A stretch of DNA of 62,755 nt, counting the filler, from Choristocarpus tenellus KU-1152 (Eukaryota; Protista; Phaeophyceae): assembly GCA_964200185.2 (NCBI GenBank). It is 9 parts of 9 records of this genome, joined end to end, with 100 filler letters (N's around TTAATTAATTAA, not from the genome) between each part and the next. Parts side by side here need not be neighbours in the genome. Positions count along the whole stretch, not along the records: positions 1 to 19,726 come from CAXNAD020000448.1; positions 19,827 to 26,485 come from CAXNAD020007628.1; 7 more parts are not named here. One strand, written 5' to 3'. The notes beneath the pieces are model-generated. The model made no database searches. It saw nothing but the letters and a program-made list of their open reading frames with translations, and was not told the DNA's origin. Positions within the stretch are counted from its first letter, which is position 1; every line of letters begins with the position of its first letter. Shown piece by piece: positions 10,431-22,800 of the stretch. Position numbers and translations under genes: made by a program.

Positions 10431-12238
10431 TTACAAGCTAAGTTTTTTGTTATGGTTCAATCGTGTAATTTGGTACTCATAGGAGTATTTGGTTTGTGTT
10501 AAGGAGTGTGTAGTCGGAGTGGTACCTGATTTGACATGTCTGTTGTAGTACGTGTGTGTGCTGTTTTATGATGTGAGGTGTGGAATGTATGTTGTGTGGT
10601 CAGAGCTCTTCTCTTTTCCTTGTGTATACATATCTGATACGTTTATGGTTTGTGTAGGTATATTTTTTTAGTTCTGGATTGATCAATTCATATTTTGCAA
10701 GGAACTTTCACTTCAATAAAGATGTACTAACTCTTCGGAGGTACATACGCTAGATAACATCTATCCTGCTAGTGGCTGGTGGGTAATTAATACTATCACC
10801 AAGGACATATTTTAGAACATACATCTTCGGTCTTTCTAAACATAGTGGTGTTGTTGTTTAGTCAGTTCTGCATGGTGTAAGGTACTTGCTGTGATCCTGT
10901 CTTATCATTGACAGGACATGATTCATGTCTTCTGATGTCTTTTACCTTGATGGTATATCATTTTGTGATCAAAATGCTGTATAATGAGGTGTTCAATATT
11001 CTTCCCTCCTGCATTGCATGTGTAGCGGATGAGTATATGGTTGGAAATATTCTCTGGAAATCTGAAGCGAAACTGCAGATCAATTAAAATATGTATCAAA
11101 TTCTGAGATGCTTGACAAATATTCTAACAAGAATCCTTGTTCCTCACGTTACCACAGGGGTTGCAACAGATAGTGGGACACTTCTGTGAGCCAAAGTAAA
11201 AGATAGATGCCCACTTTTTTTGCTGTTGTACATTGTCAGTTTTTCAAACGTTCTAAGTAATCCCTACAGTCTATAGACAGAAGTAGAAATAAATGGCAAA
11301 ATATAGAGTTCAATGAATTGATTTCCTTGTTGCTTTGATCATATTTGATATGAGTCGGAAAATATACTGTACGCATTTGTTATTAAGCTTCAAATTTGCG
11401 TATAGTTGGTGACATTCCCAAAATGTTTCTCTGGGTACCTATTAGATACTGCCAAATTTAGGCCTATCCTTGCGAGAGAAGCATACAGTTCCGAAGTGAC
11501 TATAAAGTCATCAGGGGTTTTGGTAGGGTGGAAGGAATGTGATAGGTGTGCCAATAGTGGGAATTACAAGAAAAATAATGAGAATAACGATGAACAGGAC
11601 TGCAACCTGGTCCAGTCACAATATTTTGACACCTCTGAACTGGTGGTTGTTGAACTGCGCCTTGCTAATTGGTTCTTTGGCCTGATCTGGTTAATTCTGA
11701 AGGGGTTGGACCAGTTCCAAGTGGGCATAAGAACCAAGGGACCAAGCGCATTTGTACGTTCTGCACCTAATTCTATTAATTGAATGCTTTGAAGATCTAG
11801 CATTTAAGCATGAACATTGTTGATGGAAGAGATAATCTTGTCCACCCTCGGCACTAGTGGAAAGGCGTTTCTTCATGATTAAAGCAAGAGTTTATAGAAT
11901 CTGCGTCAATTATAGGCAGAAGTTATACACAGACGGGAGCTGTTTGGGGTATCATCAGGAGGAGGAGTAACGGAGTTTACACTGAGTTACATACATATTT
12001 TAAAGTTTTATACTATACTGAATCTGAGCGCAACTGATTCTACCATATATTCTATGTAGTACCTTACAAGGGGAAGAAATTCCAGCAGAAACAAAGAGAA
12101 TCTCTAGGGGATCTCAGGGGAAGAATCTTGATATAGCTTCGCAAGAAGGATAGTGTTTTTGAATCACAAAAAGACCAACTTTACTGTCAATTTACTGTCA
12201 ATCGCAGAATATTTTAATTAGATAATCTGAAATTAAAA

Positions 12239-12830
12239 CTATCCGATTATCTTCTCTCTTCCCACTCTAGCAGGTATAATTCCATTTTCGAACACATCTT
12301 TCTTAATTGCGAATGATTCATGCACCCCCACACCCTCAGCATATGCCCACAATTCTGATGCTTTTACCAAGAAGAACGATACTCCCAGACCAAACCACAA
12401 CACTTTACCTCCTATTCCGCACTCATCAATGCTCGATCTAGTCTGCTCTAGCATGGTCTATGCGAATGACTTCCTTACTCTAGGTTGGGTAACATTTCCT
12501 GCATTATTACTTCTTGCAATTTCTGCCCCACATGCCTTGGATTATAGGATGCTGGGCGGATAGTTCAATGACCACATACTGCTCGTGGTAGTAATGGATA
12601 ACCAATATTTTCCTTTATTGTACTTGGTTCTTTTTGTTTACACAACAGGGCACAAATCCATCATAATTTCTTGTTTCTATCAATCTGGTGATTTCCATAC
12701 TCCGGTCCAGCTAGCATGTAACTCCCCATTCTGGACATCGACTGGGACATCCTCTGTTACTACTAGCATCAACAAGTCGATTTGTGCAAAGGTCTTATGT
12801 ACCCCGAAATGGTATTTGATACCTAACATT
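12239..12830 (-). mobile_element. Degenerate LTR-retrotransposon integrase fragment
   Basis: Minus-strand HFGVHKTFAQI (integrase Zn-binding-like) and TMLEQTRSSIDECGIGGKVLW (similar to the Copia integrase segment at ~35.1 kb); many stops and frameshifts. Confidence 0.45.
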
Positions 12831-13148
12831 CAGAACACTCCGTGTATCTCCCCTTCTTTCCTTGTCTCAACAAGCGTAAGCCTGCCTTGCAATCTCTCCA
12901 ATAATACAATAACCCATCGTATCACAACTAACTGTCTTGTCCTCCCTCATCCACCAGTATCTAATCTCATGCCTGATTGTTCGTGGCTGTGGAATATCAA
13001 TTTGTGTGATGAGGTGTTGTTAGTAGGTGTTGTAGGTGACTCGGTGATCATGATTCCCGTGGTACCCCATCCCGACTTTGGATGGAGCCACACCCTCATT
13101 TATGGATGGGTAATTTGTGTCCTCCTTTCCCTCCTTTTCCCCACCCCT

Positions 13149-13560
13149 GTTGACCTACAGAACGTAAATGACTCTGTTGATGGTGATCTCCAATAATAGG
13201 GAATGCTTGCCAAGTTCGGGATGCTGAGATGATCTCAGTCATCCGCCATCTCCATCCACCATTTCTGTCATCTGAATTGCATGTCTGCGTTGATGGATGA
13301 CCGAGATCATCTTCTCCGACCCCCAAAACTTGAAAAGAATAGCCCATAGAAGATCACAGTCACCCAAGTCACACTTTCTGTAGGTCTGTAAGGGAAAGGA
13401 GGGGGGGGGGTCATCAATAAGAAATCAGCGGATGACTGAGATCATCTTCTGAGGCACTCCAATTTTGGCAAGCACAGACAGTCCGTAATAAGAGGTCGCG
13501 GCCAACAGAGTCAAGCTTTCTGTGGGTCAACAAAGCACATGAATAGGGGTACATACGCGT
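13149..13560. mobile_element. Three decayed copies of one LINE reverse-transcriptase segment (13149-13255 +, ~13289-13389 -, ~13421-13560 -)
   Basis: Translations VDLQNVNDSVDGDL..MLAKFG..MISVIRHLH, DLQK..DCDLLWAILFKF.SEKMISVI and VPLFMCFVDPQKA.DSVGRDLL..VLAKIGVPQKMISVIR match the LINE RT motif FxDLxKAYDSVxRxxLW. Confidence 0.7.
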
Positions 13561-13888
13561 TTCGTATTTGCAAAATGTTTTTCAGATGGTAACCAAATGT
13601 TCATCATGGAGGATGTCCTGCAGTCATCTTGCAACAACCTGACAATGAAGCGGTTTCGACTTTGTAACAGTGAATCCAATGCAGGGTATCATGTATGTGT
13701 GCTCTGGACATACCCGACTGAACCGAATGGTGAATTGGTGGACTCATCATGATGAAACGGATAGTGAGATTTATAGTTTGTTCAGTAACCACTATGGATG
13801 TTGTGAAGTATCGGTTCAAGAAGCAACTAAGGAGCTTGCATTGTTTTTATTGGACAGATTAGTATAGACCAATGAATTGCAATGATAG

Positions 13889-14377
<489 letters not shown>

Positions 14378-14438
14378 AGGTCCACGACGTCTGCCACCTG
14401 TTGGACTGGTACAACCTCTACTGGGCTTCATCACATAT

Positions 14439-14455
14439 GGTGATTTCTAAACACC
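14439..14455 (+). promoter_or_regulatory. Histone 3'-end stem-loop-like element (H4)
   Basis: GGTGATTTCTAAACACC, 61 nt after the stop; matches the H2B element at 15 of 17 positions. Confidence 0.6.
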
Positions 14456-15544
14456 ATCCTTCAACAAGAGAAGCCTCTCACACAAAGCAGACTCCGTTCA
14501 TCAAGAAATCATGGGTAAATCTGCTAGTGAATCGAAGATCAACCGCCTTTCAAGTGTGACATCTCTGTACCGGTATGGCACTTACAAGCATATCATGTTT
14601 GGTGGTTTTGGTGTCTAACGCCTGCCCAGGTCCACTCTGCCGCACACATCTTCAAGGTGGCATGGTTTTATCTTGATAATCTAAAGCAACAACGACAAGC
14701 ACCTTACAAACCAAACTTTCTTCATATTGGTTGGTTTACGAGGGTTTTTCTTTGACATGATCTCAGTCGTGCACCATGACGGCACCAGTTTATTCCGTAT
14801 CTTTCCCTCTATATCTGATGTGTGTGTTTCGAGCGTACCTCTCACCTTCGTTTGGATGAGTTGTCGATACACTATTTTTTTGGACGTGTTCGACCAAACC
14901 TGCTCCATCTAGAAGTGCAAACCAATTTAATTTTGACCTCATTAATTGACATGTCTGACCAGGGATATCGAGCTTGGTGTGCACCATTGCTTAGATTGAC
15001 GAAAAATGTGAATTCTAGACATACATGAGTTCGTGTGGGAAAAGTTTCTGTTGACTTGTCTCCTGGCGTGATTCGTACTTGGAAATTATTAGACTAAAGT
15101 CTGATTAACTCTCATAGATCAATATAATACAAGTCCCAATTGATGGTGAATAGTAGTGCCATGTATCGAAAATGCACAGTTCGTCCTAAGCTCGCAGGCT
15201 ATTCATGGTATATAGCTCAATGGGTTTTTGTGGTACAAAATCATCTGTGCAATGTCAATGGGTTAGGGCATCTCAATAAATGGCGTGACTTCGTTCAGTA
15301 AGCTGTTTGAAACGCAAAGATAAATCTGAGTTACTCATTATATACTTTCTTCTCGTAGAACTGAGACTGATAGCAAACCAATCCATCAGTTTATTAATTA
15401 TTGTAATTCCGAGTTTCATGTGATGAAAACAGGGGATAGTACTACAGATATTGAGTCAGACCCACAATGTTCGCTTACGCTTCTGCACACATATTGTGTT
15501 TATATTAAGACATTCAAATTTCTAATCAATGCCGCAGCCTCAAC

Positions 15545-15851
15545 AGGCCCAGATGTAAATAATGGAGTTCCAGATTAGTTAACCAAAATTGAATCAAATT
15601 TGTCCATTGCAGCAGAGTATAAATGTATGTAGTTAAACGCTAGATCCTTCAGCGAACACATACTATCTCCTTACAATTCAAGCTAATTATTGGTTATATG
15701 GGTGATATCGCTGTTGTAAGGTGGTTTTCTTGATTCATCCGTTTGACCAAATACACATGTAAGCAACAGTAAGGTCAAGACACTCAAATATCCTACCCAT
15801 CAAAGCAGCATCATGACCTGCTAAATAATCGTTGACAGTAACAACGTGTAC
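15545..15851 (-). pseudogene. secA: secA preprotein-translocase ATPase fragment
   Basis: Three collinear SecA motifs with stops and frameshifts: VHVVTVNDYLAGHDAALMGRIFECLDLTV, YNSDITHITNN*L (cf. YxxDITYxTNNELGFDYL) and MDKFDSILVN*SGTPLFTSGP (cf. [21 protein letters not shown]). Confidence 0.85.
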
Positions 15852-16699
15852 ATAAACAAACTGACACGACAATTCAGCATAGCATCTTTCTCCTATTATT
15901 GTACAAAACGGCATCTTTTTGCCAGTATTGTACACATAAAGCAATGAAATAGAGTGCGTTGCACAGGGTAAGAAAGGAGGCTTACAATGAAAAAGGGTTC
16001 AAACCTACCTACATTTCATTTGAGACAGCAATGGAGTACCCATCCCCTCGTTGCCATCTCCGTATCAAAAGTTCTCTTTGCCTGAATCCTCTTAGTTATT
16101 TCTCTCCACCCCTCCAGTGAGCCTTATCTGCTTTACACTTTGCCAATCTCCATCTTCAGGGCCACCCTGCTCCTCTGGTGAGGAAAATGCCTTCCTGATG
16201 GCCTGGGCATTGAGGTAGTTCAGTTGCGACTATATCTTGAATATCTTGTTGCGCACAGTCTCCACCTTGAGGTTAGGAGATATCCCAAAAACTATTACTG
16301 CTCTTCTCGCTCTGCTCTATAGAAAGTGTATTTTCCATCGTGTACTGTTCTATATGCTATGAATGCTTGTTCAACGCTAAGTGGTAGACGTCAAGATATA
16401 ACCACAGTTGAAAATATACCGTGGTGCTGGTTAAGGTTCGAAGGACCCATGTGATTCAGATATACTACAATCATCACTGTTGTTGTGGATAGGAGAACCT
16501 GTGTCTTACTGCTCGAACGACAAAGGATGTTGATAAGGATGTCCCCCTCAACCTGTAACATTACCTCTTTGTAGAAAATGCACGCTCTCGGATCAAATCC
16601 GAGCCCTCTGAAGCAAAATGTTCTCGGGCAACATGCCACGTAGTAAGGCGTTTGCGCCCTTACTCTATATGATACCTTTGTAGTTCTTTCAGAATGGGT

Positions 16700-16716
16700 G
16701 GTGTCTAGAAAACACC
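16700..16716 (-). promoter_or_regulatory. Histone 3'-end stem-loop-like element (H2B)
   Basis: Minus strand GGTGTTTTCTAGACACC followed by ACCCA, 63 nt after the stop. Confidence 0.7.
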
Positions 16717-16779
16717 AGGTTTTCAGTTCAGTCGAGTGATGGCCGCAACCTTGGACCATGTTCTAGTGGAATATCAGGT

Positions 16780-17130
16780 TTACGATGATGTGAACTTAGT
16801 GACGGCCTTCGTACCCTCTGATACCGCGTGCTTGGCGAGCTCACCGGGGAGCATCAGACGCACAGCAGTTTGCACCTCGCGGGAGGATAGGGTAGCCTTC
16901 TTATTGTAACGGGTCAGGCGGCCAGACTCGCTTGCCACGCGCTCGAACACGTCATTGATAAAGGAGTTCATGATCGACATGCCCCGCTTGGAGATACCAG
17001 TGTCAGGGTGGACCTGCTTGAGGACCTTATAGATGTATGAGCTATACGATTCAGTACGCTTGCTGTTCTTCTTCTTCTCACCGACTTTCTTGGGGGCCTT
17101 CGCAGATTTCTTAGATGGGGTTTTGGCCAT
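16780..17130 (-). CDS. H2B: Histone H2B
   Basis: [38 protein letters not shown]...[22 protein letters not shown]; intact 116 aa. Confidence 0.98.
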   Translation of the reverse strand: MAKTPSKKSAKAPKKVGEKKKNSKRTESYSSYIYKVLKQVHPDTGISKRGMSIMNSFINDVFERVASESGRLTRYNKKATLSSREVQTAVRLMLPGELAKHAVSEGTKAVTKFTSS

Positions 17131-17417
17131 GATTACAAATTCTACTCAACAGGATTAGGATATGGAGTGAGGGGAGATGGGTGGGAGGAAAGTCCAAAAC
17201 TCCATTTTGATTTGAACGTTCACTGGTCTTACCCCTCCCTCAGATGTTACTCTTTGTGCTCCGTTTTCGAATGGACCAATCCGATATCCGTTTACAACCT
17301 TTATCAGTCAATCACATACTGTACTCATAAAAAGTATCAGCCTTGGAAGGCAGTATACCAGTTAAGTCCACATTATCGAAACCTTCTTCCACATTATCAC
17401 ACCACTACCATATTCAG

Positions 17418-17545
17418 CATCTTCACCTGGCGGTGCACAACGACGAGGAGATCAAAAAGCCTCTTGACGAGGTGACCATCGCTTCTAGTGGCTTACTGCC
17501 CAATATCCATGCTGTTGTTTTGCGAAGTCTGGCAGAAAGGCGTGA
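17418..17545 (+). pseudogene. H2A: Histone H2A 3' remnant, divergent from H2B
   Basis: [35 protein letters not shown] matches H2A HxQLAVRNDEELNKLLGxVTIAxGGVLPNIHAVLL. The N-terminal two thirds are missing; a decayed stem-loop CGTGTTTCTCAACAAC lies at 17600-17615. Confidence 0.85.
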
Positions 17546-19726
17546 ATCAGCTCTAAGGGAAGGGATTGTAGACCCTTCCTCGTCAGACCCATCCCACCTC
17601 GTGTTTCTCAACAACACTTCGTCCGAAGGAATGCCCCTCTTCTCCATGGTACATATTGCTCACATTTATCTTGGCGCAACATATTGACCTGTTGCTCTAG
17701 CCTTACGCTTGCTCTCCCAAGTATTACATAGTGTTCCAAAAAAGGATAGACCGACTTACTGCAGGATAGCAGGGTCGCAGTGGTGGTTGATGCAGAGGTA
17801 GCCCTTGCGATAGATTTGATATGTGTGCTAGAATTCGGCGAACATCCTTGTTTCACGATGTTGAGCAAACTAGGTACAGGACATCCGTATCTGAGAAGAG
17901 GAGGAATGCACGTATCAGTATGGACTCGTTAGTTAGAAGAGGTTCGACCAGGTGATTGATTTTGAGTGTGGGTTCGTTGAATTCGACATGTTACCTTTGC
18001 AAATTAGTTTACCTAGGCAGTTGATGAGAGTATGTAGTTGAATGGGCTTGAGCTACTAATAATGGGACAACATATTAATCAGCGTTTAGATAGAGTGGAC
18101 AACGGTTCAACACACTTTTCTGTTCTAAGTTCATCCAGGTGGTAGATGAGGTGATGTGCCCTACAGGGCTCCAGTATCCAACCTTTCAGGATAAATTCGA
18201 CCACTAGGCTGCAGATAGAGTGATGGGACTTGTTGGACTATGGCAGCTTACCATAGAATGGGGTATGAGGAGGTGAAACAATTACCAAGAGGATTCTGGA
18301 TCCTGTGATGTCCCGAGTATAAACAAGGTAGTAGTTCGTGTTGCATGTGGAAAGACTTCTCTGCTGAGTGACACCCTGGTGAGGTCAGCAGAGCTCTAGA
18401 AGGGGGTTAAGCAAGGGTACCTGTGCAGGGAATGTCTGGACATCATGCCTCCAAGTTCATTCTGGTGGCTTGAGAGGTAAAGGGGTGAGGGGGGGAATGC
18501 TGTAGACTAGATGCCTAGCAGGCAGTGAGTGGAACATTGAACTTCAAAAAATGAGGTGTTTCGTATTTTTCTGATAAAAGACCCTTCGTTAATTAGAAGT
18601 GAACACTTTCCACCTCCTCTTCTTGTTTGAACATGGTATAGCCTATACTTGCTGAAGATGTGACTTGCCTGACTGTTTCCTTCAGAACGTGTGGAATTCA
18701 TTTTAGATAATTAAAAATATATATTATAATTTACTATATATATAGTATCTCAAAATATTTTCTCCTCATTCGACAATCGGTCTTCTACTACCCCGGTCAG
18801 CATGCCACCCCTACACTCCCTACTGCAACTGTACGCACAAAATAATATGTACATAGATGTGTTTGTGCGGTGGTAGTAGCCGTACAATTTTTCTGTACTA
18901 CAATAGTAATACAGCTGCACATGCATATCCTACCATTGCAGTACAAGTTCTGTCCCCGCTGGATCTATCCACAGGTAGTCAGCCTTGGTTCTCACCATCT
19001 TGAAGCCACTACATACATTCCGCCCAACTCTCCCATGCTTCCATGTGCACCCACCTACGCAGCAAAAGCACTGGTGTGTAATTGATGTGGACAGCAGTAT
19101 ATCTTTTATCGTAAAATACTTCATACACGGAAAGCTATAATTAGCTCTCGTCTAATTAGCTAATGATTCTATTTAAAGAACATTTTTCAGCGGTAGCTTT
19201 GGTTGTATCAGAATGGCATATTCTCCCAGTTACCAATCTACTTAGATCTCTATTTAACAGTGTCCAGCAACAGATACGGGTGCATGAGGTAGAGGGAGGA
19301 CGCCTGTTTTTGTCCATGTGATGACCAGTAATGCTGCCCTGGATGAGGAATTTTCTGCACCACATATTTCTGGTTCTCTACTGGGAGGAGTGCCGCTCAA
19401 TCTATACAGAAAACTGATGGTAAAATTTTAATAGCAGTGACAGAAAGCTCTTATGAAGTATTATCCTTTAGAGCAACCAAACTTGAGCTACCAAGAGGCC
19501 ACACCTTGAGGGCAGGACACTAGAAGCATACATACATAAGAGAGAACAAGGTAGCCTGCTTGAACAAGCATTCAAATACATTCAAATGTCTGATAGCTGC
19601 ACTGCTCTAGTGGCACGCAACATTATTACTTCAGGGAAAGAGAGAGAGAGAGAGAGAGACGTGGGGGGAGGGGGGGGGGGGGGGGAGATTGTGTGTCCAC
19701 ATGGGGAAAAGAGAAAAGAGAGAGAG

Positions 19727-19826
19727 NNNNNNNNNNNNNNNNNNNNNNNNNNNNNNNNNNNNNNNNNNNNTTAATTAATTAANNNNNNNNNNNNNNNNNN
19801 NNNNNNNNNNNNNNNNNNNNNNNNNN
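19727..19826. other. Artificial assembly spacer (N44-TTAATTAATTAA-N44); identical spacers at 26486-26585, 30991-31090, 34338-34437, 44947-45046, 51528-51627, 55029-55128 and 59112-59211
   Basis: Exactly 100 nt each, with a central linker giving stops in all six frames. Confidence 0.98.
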
Positions 19827-22800
19827 CACGCTTCAGCTCTCCAGTAACTGCACGCCTGGTGTTGTGGGCTGTGAGGGCTAACGGTGCCATGGCACCAGCA
19901 TCAAACATGGTCTTTGCTCTAAAGTATGTATATATACAAAAACGACGATATGACAATATCCTGTCGCAAGTAGTTCAACTTTGACAAGAAAATATCTGAA
20001 TAGAGTGATGTCAAGGTTGTAGGAGTTTGAGCTATCATAGTTGCTAATCTTTAGCAAGGAAGAGCATTAATCATATCCCGTAAACAGAATAAATACCGAG
20101 AAATGAGGTAAGGTCAACACTATTGGGTGTAAAATACGTCATTTAATTTTGAGAGCCCTGAAGCAAACTCATCAGTATTAATTTTTTCGCTTGAGTCGTT
20201 TGTGCTTAGATTCACCATGAGCACCGCACTTGGGAATCTTCCATTCGATTTGTTGTATACCTGTAACATAATGAGACAATGCTGAGGAGATTTTACTGCT
20301 ATAATTGGAATTCTAAGATTAAATGTATAAATAATAATACAAGAAGCAAATGCATAAATATATCTTACCCAAAATGACATCAAGAATAAATGCAATAATG
20401 AGAGGGTTAGGGAAGTTGCATGAAAGAGGCATCCTATTGACTCATTGCAACCTATGGTGTGATTGGTGAAAATGATACTTCACTTTCCAGATTCTTTCCC
20501 CTCAACATTTCTTGTAGATATTTCATGAGGGAACATTACTACCTTCTTCATCTCAATTAATTTAATTCTTGGCATTACTTGGAAGCCCAAAGTTGTAGTG
20601 ATTTTCCCATTAAAGCAAAGTACAATGAGTCAACATAAACTATAGGTACCCAGAGTTACATATTAACAATTATGAAAAAATGGTAAAACTATTTTAGAAA
20701 TTAATATAGGATATTTTCCAAATTGTGTCAAGGAGTTTCAAACAATAGAAAAATCAACTCTCTCAAGTCAAAAACTTAGCAATTCATCCGTAGAAATAAG
20801 GTTGAATAGCAATAGATCAAAAGAACGGATAGATTACCAAACGACCAAAAACTGGAGACCTCTCGTTTATTTTGACTCCGATGTCGTGGCATTTTTGTGC
20901 AATTGGCCTGTTTGATCTCTAGAAGAAGAAGTCCAAAGTGCTCCTTTACCAAGTATTCTGGATTGTGTCACTGTTTCAACTACAAGACCATCAGCCTTTC
21001 ACCCCGTTGCAGGTCCAATGTTGACAGCGTCCACCCAACAGTCAAAACGAAGGTCACATGCATCTGCTACGAGCTTCAGGTTGGTGTGATGGGGTATCAT
21101 AGGATAAAGCTGAAGGGAAATGTGGTAGTCTAGGGAGGGAGCTGTAAGTTGGGTTGGGGCTGACAAAAGAAATTATTTCTTTTTTCAAACTTGATGTAAA
21201 ATTTAATCCCATCAAGCCATACTCAGGAGGTTACATATTGGCATTTTATCACTCAGAACTGCATCAATTCAGGTATCTAAGAAAGGCAATGATGTATAGG
21301 TAGGTACTCAATCCTCAGTTGTGCAAGACATGTCTAAATCGATTCTAAACTGGACACTGTCAGTTGAGACAGTAGGGTAGATCCAGTTGAATACGACCAA
21401 TCAGAGAAGGGAACATTAGATGAACCTTGTGCCTCCATCCTTGACCCACAATCCGAGTCCCATGCCTAAAATCCAACCAAAGAGAGAGATGGGTTTTCAG
21501 CTACACCTGAACACAATACAACCCTACTCCCCGATATTTTTGGCAACGCTCACCTTGGATTCATCCTATGCACCCACTGAATCCTTCAAGAATCACACAC
21601 ACACATATGCACACATGTACAATGCTCATAGACAGTTGTCCTGGAGGTGGGCAATCCCTTCGAGGCACAGGCACTAAACGCTTCAGATGGACGTTTTTCA
21701 GTACAGCTTCACCAGAATGTCATCTCAGAGCATCAGTGCATGACAGGCATATTCTCTGGAGGGGCTGAGGGAGAAGAGGGGGGGGGGAAGGGTCGGCGAA
21801 GTTCTGGTACCATGAATCGAGGAGTTTCTCAGATACACTCAGGGGTGTCAACTAAGACAAACTCTGCCACTAGCGCACATCATTCATCTGGCAAAACACA
21901 GGCACAGGAAAAGGTCAGCAGAGGGGGAGATAAGAAAGCAAACCAAGTGGAGGCAGAAGAAGATGACGAGGTCGGTGATAGATAACAGTGTGATGGTGAG
22001 GGAGGGGTGAGGAGAGATAAGGAGGGGTTGCAATAGGATCTATTCTATCACCACAAAATTGGATCTTCAGGAAATACACTGCATATGGGGGGCAAGCAGT
22101 TCTTCAGACATCTTGAAAACAGTAGCAAAGGATAACCTATTGTACTTCATGTTTACCCCTGAGAGGATCCTCAAACTCTGTTGATGATATTAGGTGGTTT
22201 TCTCCTCAACATTGTTATCTTCATTGTCTTTCTTCCGGGATTCATTTCTTCATACCATTAGCCCTTTGGTGCATGTCCTTAGAATCACAGACCCTATCAA
22301 TAAGCTAGGAAGAACAAGCTTATCGCTTTACCTACTGTACTATGGAATATTACATGTATAAATCAAATCGCCATATACCCAAATTCTTATCTTGTGTGTT
22401 ATCACAGGCAGTTTATGAGGAGGTGGAGGCAGCTCTACAGTTACCTTTCTATTCTAACCAACCTTCAATCAGCATACCAGCAGGGTCCACAGCCAAGTTT
22501 CAACTACACGTACTTCCTTTCACTCCAGGAAAATACAAGTGAGAAGCAGATATTTACTCCTATCTAGAACAATATAGATACAATAGCACATAGGATAGAG
22601 GGGATTAGATTTTGATAAGGCAAGATTTACTTTATGATCTGTCGAAAACAAATATGTTGTGTTGCAATATTTTCCTAGTAAACGACCTTACCACCATATT
22701 GGATCACTACTGGAATTCAGTTATGAAGAGATAGGTGTACAGATGCCACGCTTTGCTTCACAGCTACCCAGTAGTGTCCTTGGTGTAAATAAGGTCGAAA

